From Narcine bancroftii (Eukaryota): a stretch of 64,000 nucleotides of DNA. The stretch's first letter is position 1, and each line of letters starts with the position of its first letter. The stretch lies in contig NC_091469.1 in the NCBI RefSeq assembly GCF_036971445.1, positions 267,592,001 through 267,656,000 on the forward strand, in the 5' to 3' direction. The translations under genes were made by a program, and so were the position numbers. Below, piece by piece: positions 62,980 to 64,000 of the stretch. The notes beneath the pieces were generated by a model. The model did not search any database and had not been told where the DNA came from. It was given only the letters and a program-made list of their open reading frames with translations.

Positions 62980-64000
62980 AAACAAGCAGTAGTGGCATGG
63001 AACATATGGGGATTAAAGGGGAGGAGGTGCTTTTTGTCTTACAGTGAATAAAGGTAGATAAATCCCCTGGGCCTGATATGATATTCTCTTGGACCTTAAG
63101 GGAAACTAGAGTAGAAATTGCAGACGGCCTGGCAGAAATATTTAAAATGTCCTTAGCCATGGGTGAGCTGCCAGAGGATTGGAGGGTAGCTAATGTTATT
63201 CCATTGCTCCAAAAGTAAACCAAGAAATTACAGGCCGGTGAGCCTGACGTTAGTAGTAGTAAAATTAATGGAGGTTGGGTATTTAAGTATTTGGACAGCC
63301 AAGGGCTGATGAGGCAAAGTTAGCATGCCTTTATGTGTGGTAGGTCATGTTTAAGAAATCTCAAGGTTTTTTTCAAAAGGAGGTTACCAAGAAAGTAGAT
63401 GAAGAAAAGGCTGTGGATGTGGTCTACATGGACTTTACTAAGGCTTTGACAAGATCCCACATGGGAGGTTAGTTCAGAAGGTTCAGACACCTCATGGAGA
63501 GGTTATAAACTGGATTTGAAATTGGCTGAATGGGAGAAGACAGAGTTGTAGTGGATGATTGCTTCTCAGACTGGAGGCCTGTGATTAGTGGTGTGCCTCA
63601 GGGATCAGTGCTGGGACCATTGTTGTTTGTCATCTATATTAATGATCTGGATGAAAATGTGATAAATTGGATCAGCAAGTTTTACACTAAGATTTGAGGT
63701 GTTGTGGACAGCGAGGAAGGCTTTCAAAGCTTGTGGAGGGATCTGGATCAACTGGAAAAATGAGCCCGAAAATGGCAGATGGAATTTAATGTAGTTACAA
63801 GTGTGAGGTGGTGCATTTTGGAACCAAGGAAGGACATGTACACTAAATGGTAGGGCAGTGAGATTGTAGAGGAGCAAAGGTATCTGGGAATACAGATACA
63901 CAATTCCCTGAAAGTGGCATCACAGATAGACTGGGTCGAAAGAAAGCTTTTGGCATCTTTGCCTTCATTAAATCAAACAGGAAGACAAGAGTTGGGATGT
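62980..64000 (+). mobile_element. CR1-clade LINE ORF2 (RT) fragment, decayed, runs off the window
   Basis: [63 protein letters not shown] and WQMEFN motifs, with frameshifts and stops. Confidence 0.93.

Noticed and set aside
1-64000. Prokaryote-type systems (CRISPR arrays, operons, defence islands)
   Set aside because: No regularly spaced repeat-spacer array and no gene-dense ORF structure; the sequence is vertebrate intronic/intergenic DNA.

Overview
This is eukaryotic, non-coding-dominated vertebrate DNA. The repeat complement (V-SINE/HE1-type SINEs, CR1, L2, Rex1/Babar, RTE and fish-type L1 LINEs, Penelope-type remnants) points to a cartilaginous fish; that is inference. I find no intact host protein-coding exon, tRNA, rRNA or CRISPR array, and the recognisable ORFs are all broken transposon ORFs. 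About 1-48 kb is AT-rich, CpG-depleted and full of transposons. These include a 2,053-bp CsRn1-type Gypsy LTR element lacking protease/RT/RNase H, two decayed Rex1 LINEs, two young RTE copies, three copies of a composite hAT MITE, a Tigger/pogo-like MITE with an internal foldback, and a hAT>L1>RTE nested stack. About 48.7-60.7 kb is a broad, CpG-retaining, transposon-poor domain. It contains a probable minus-strand promoter and non-coding first exon (about 54560 to 53979, donor AAG|GTAACC), so the left part of the window is probably intronic to an unidentified large gene. Two N gaps and a CR1 RT fragment end the window. I cannot support a genuinely new biological system here; the best leads are unusual transposon architectures and the regulatory domain.
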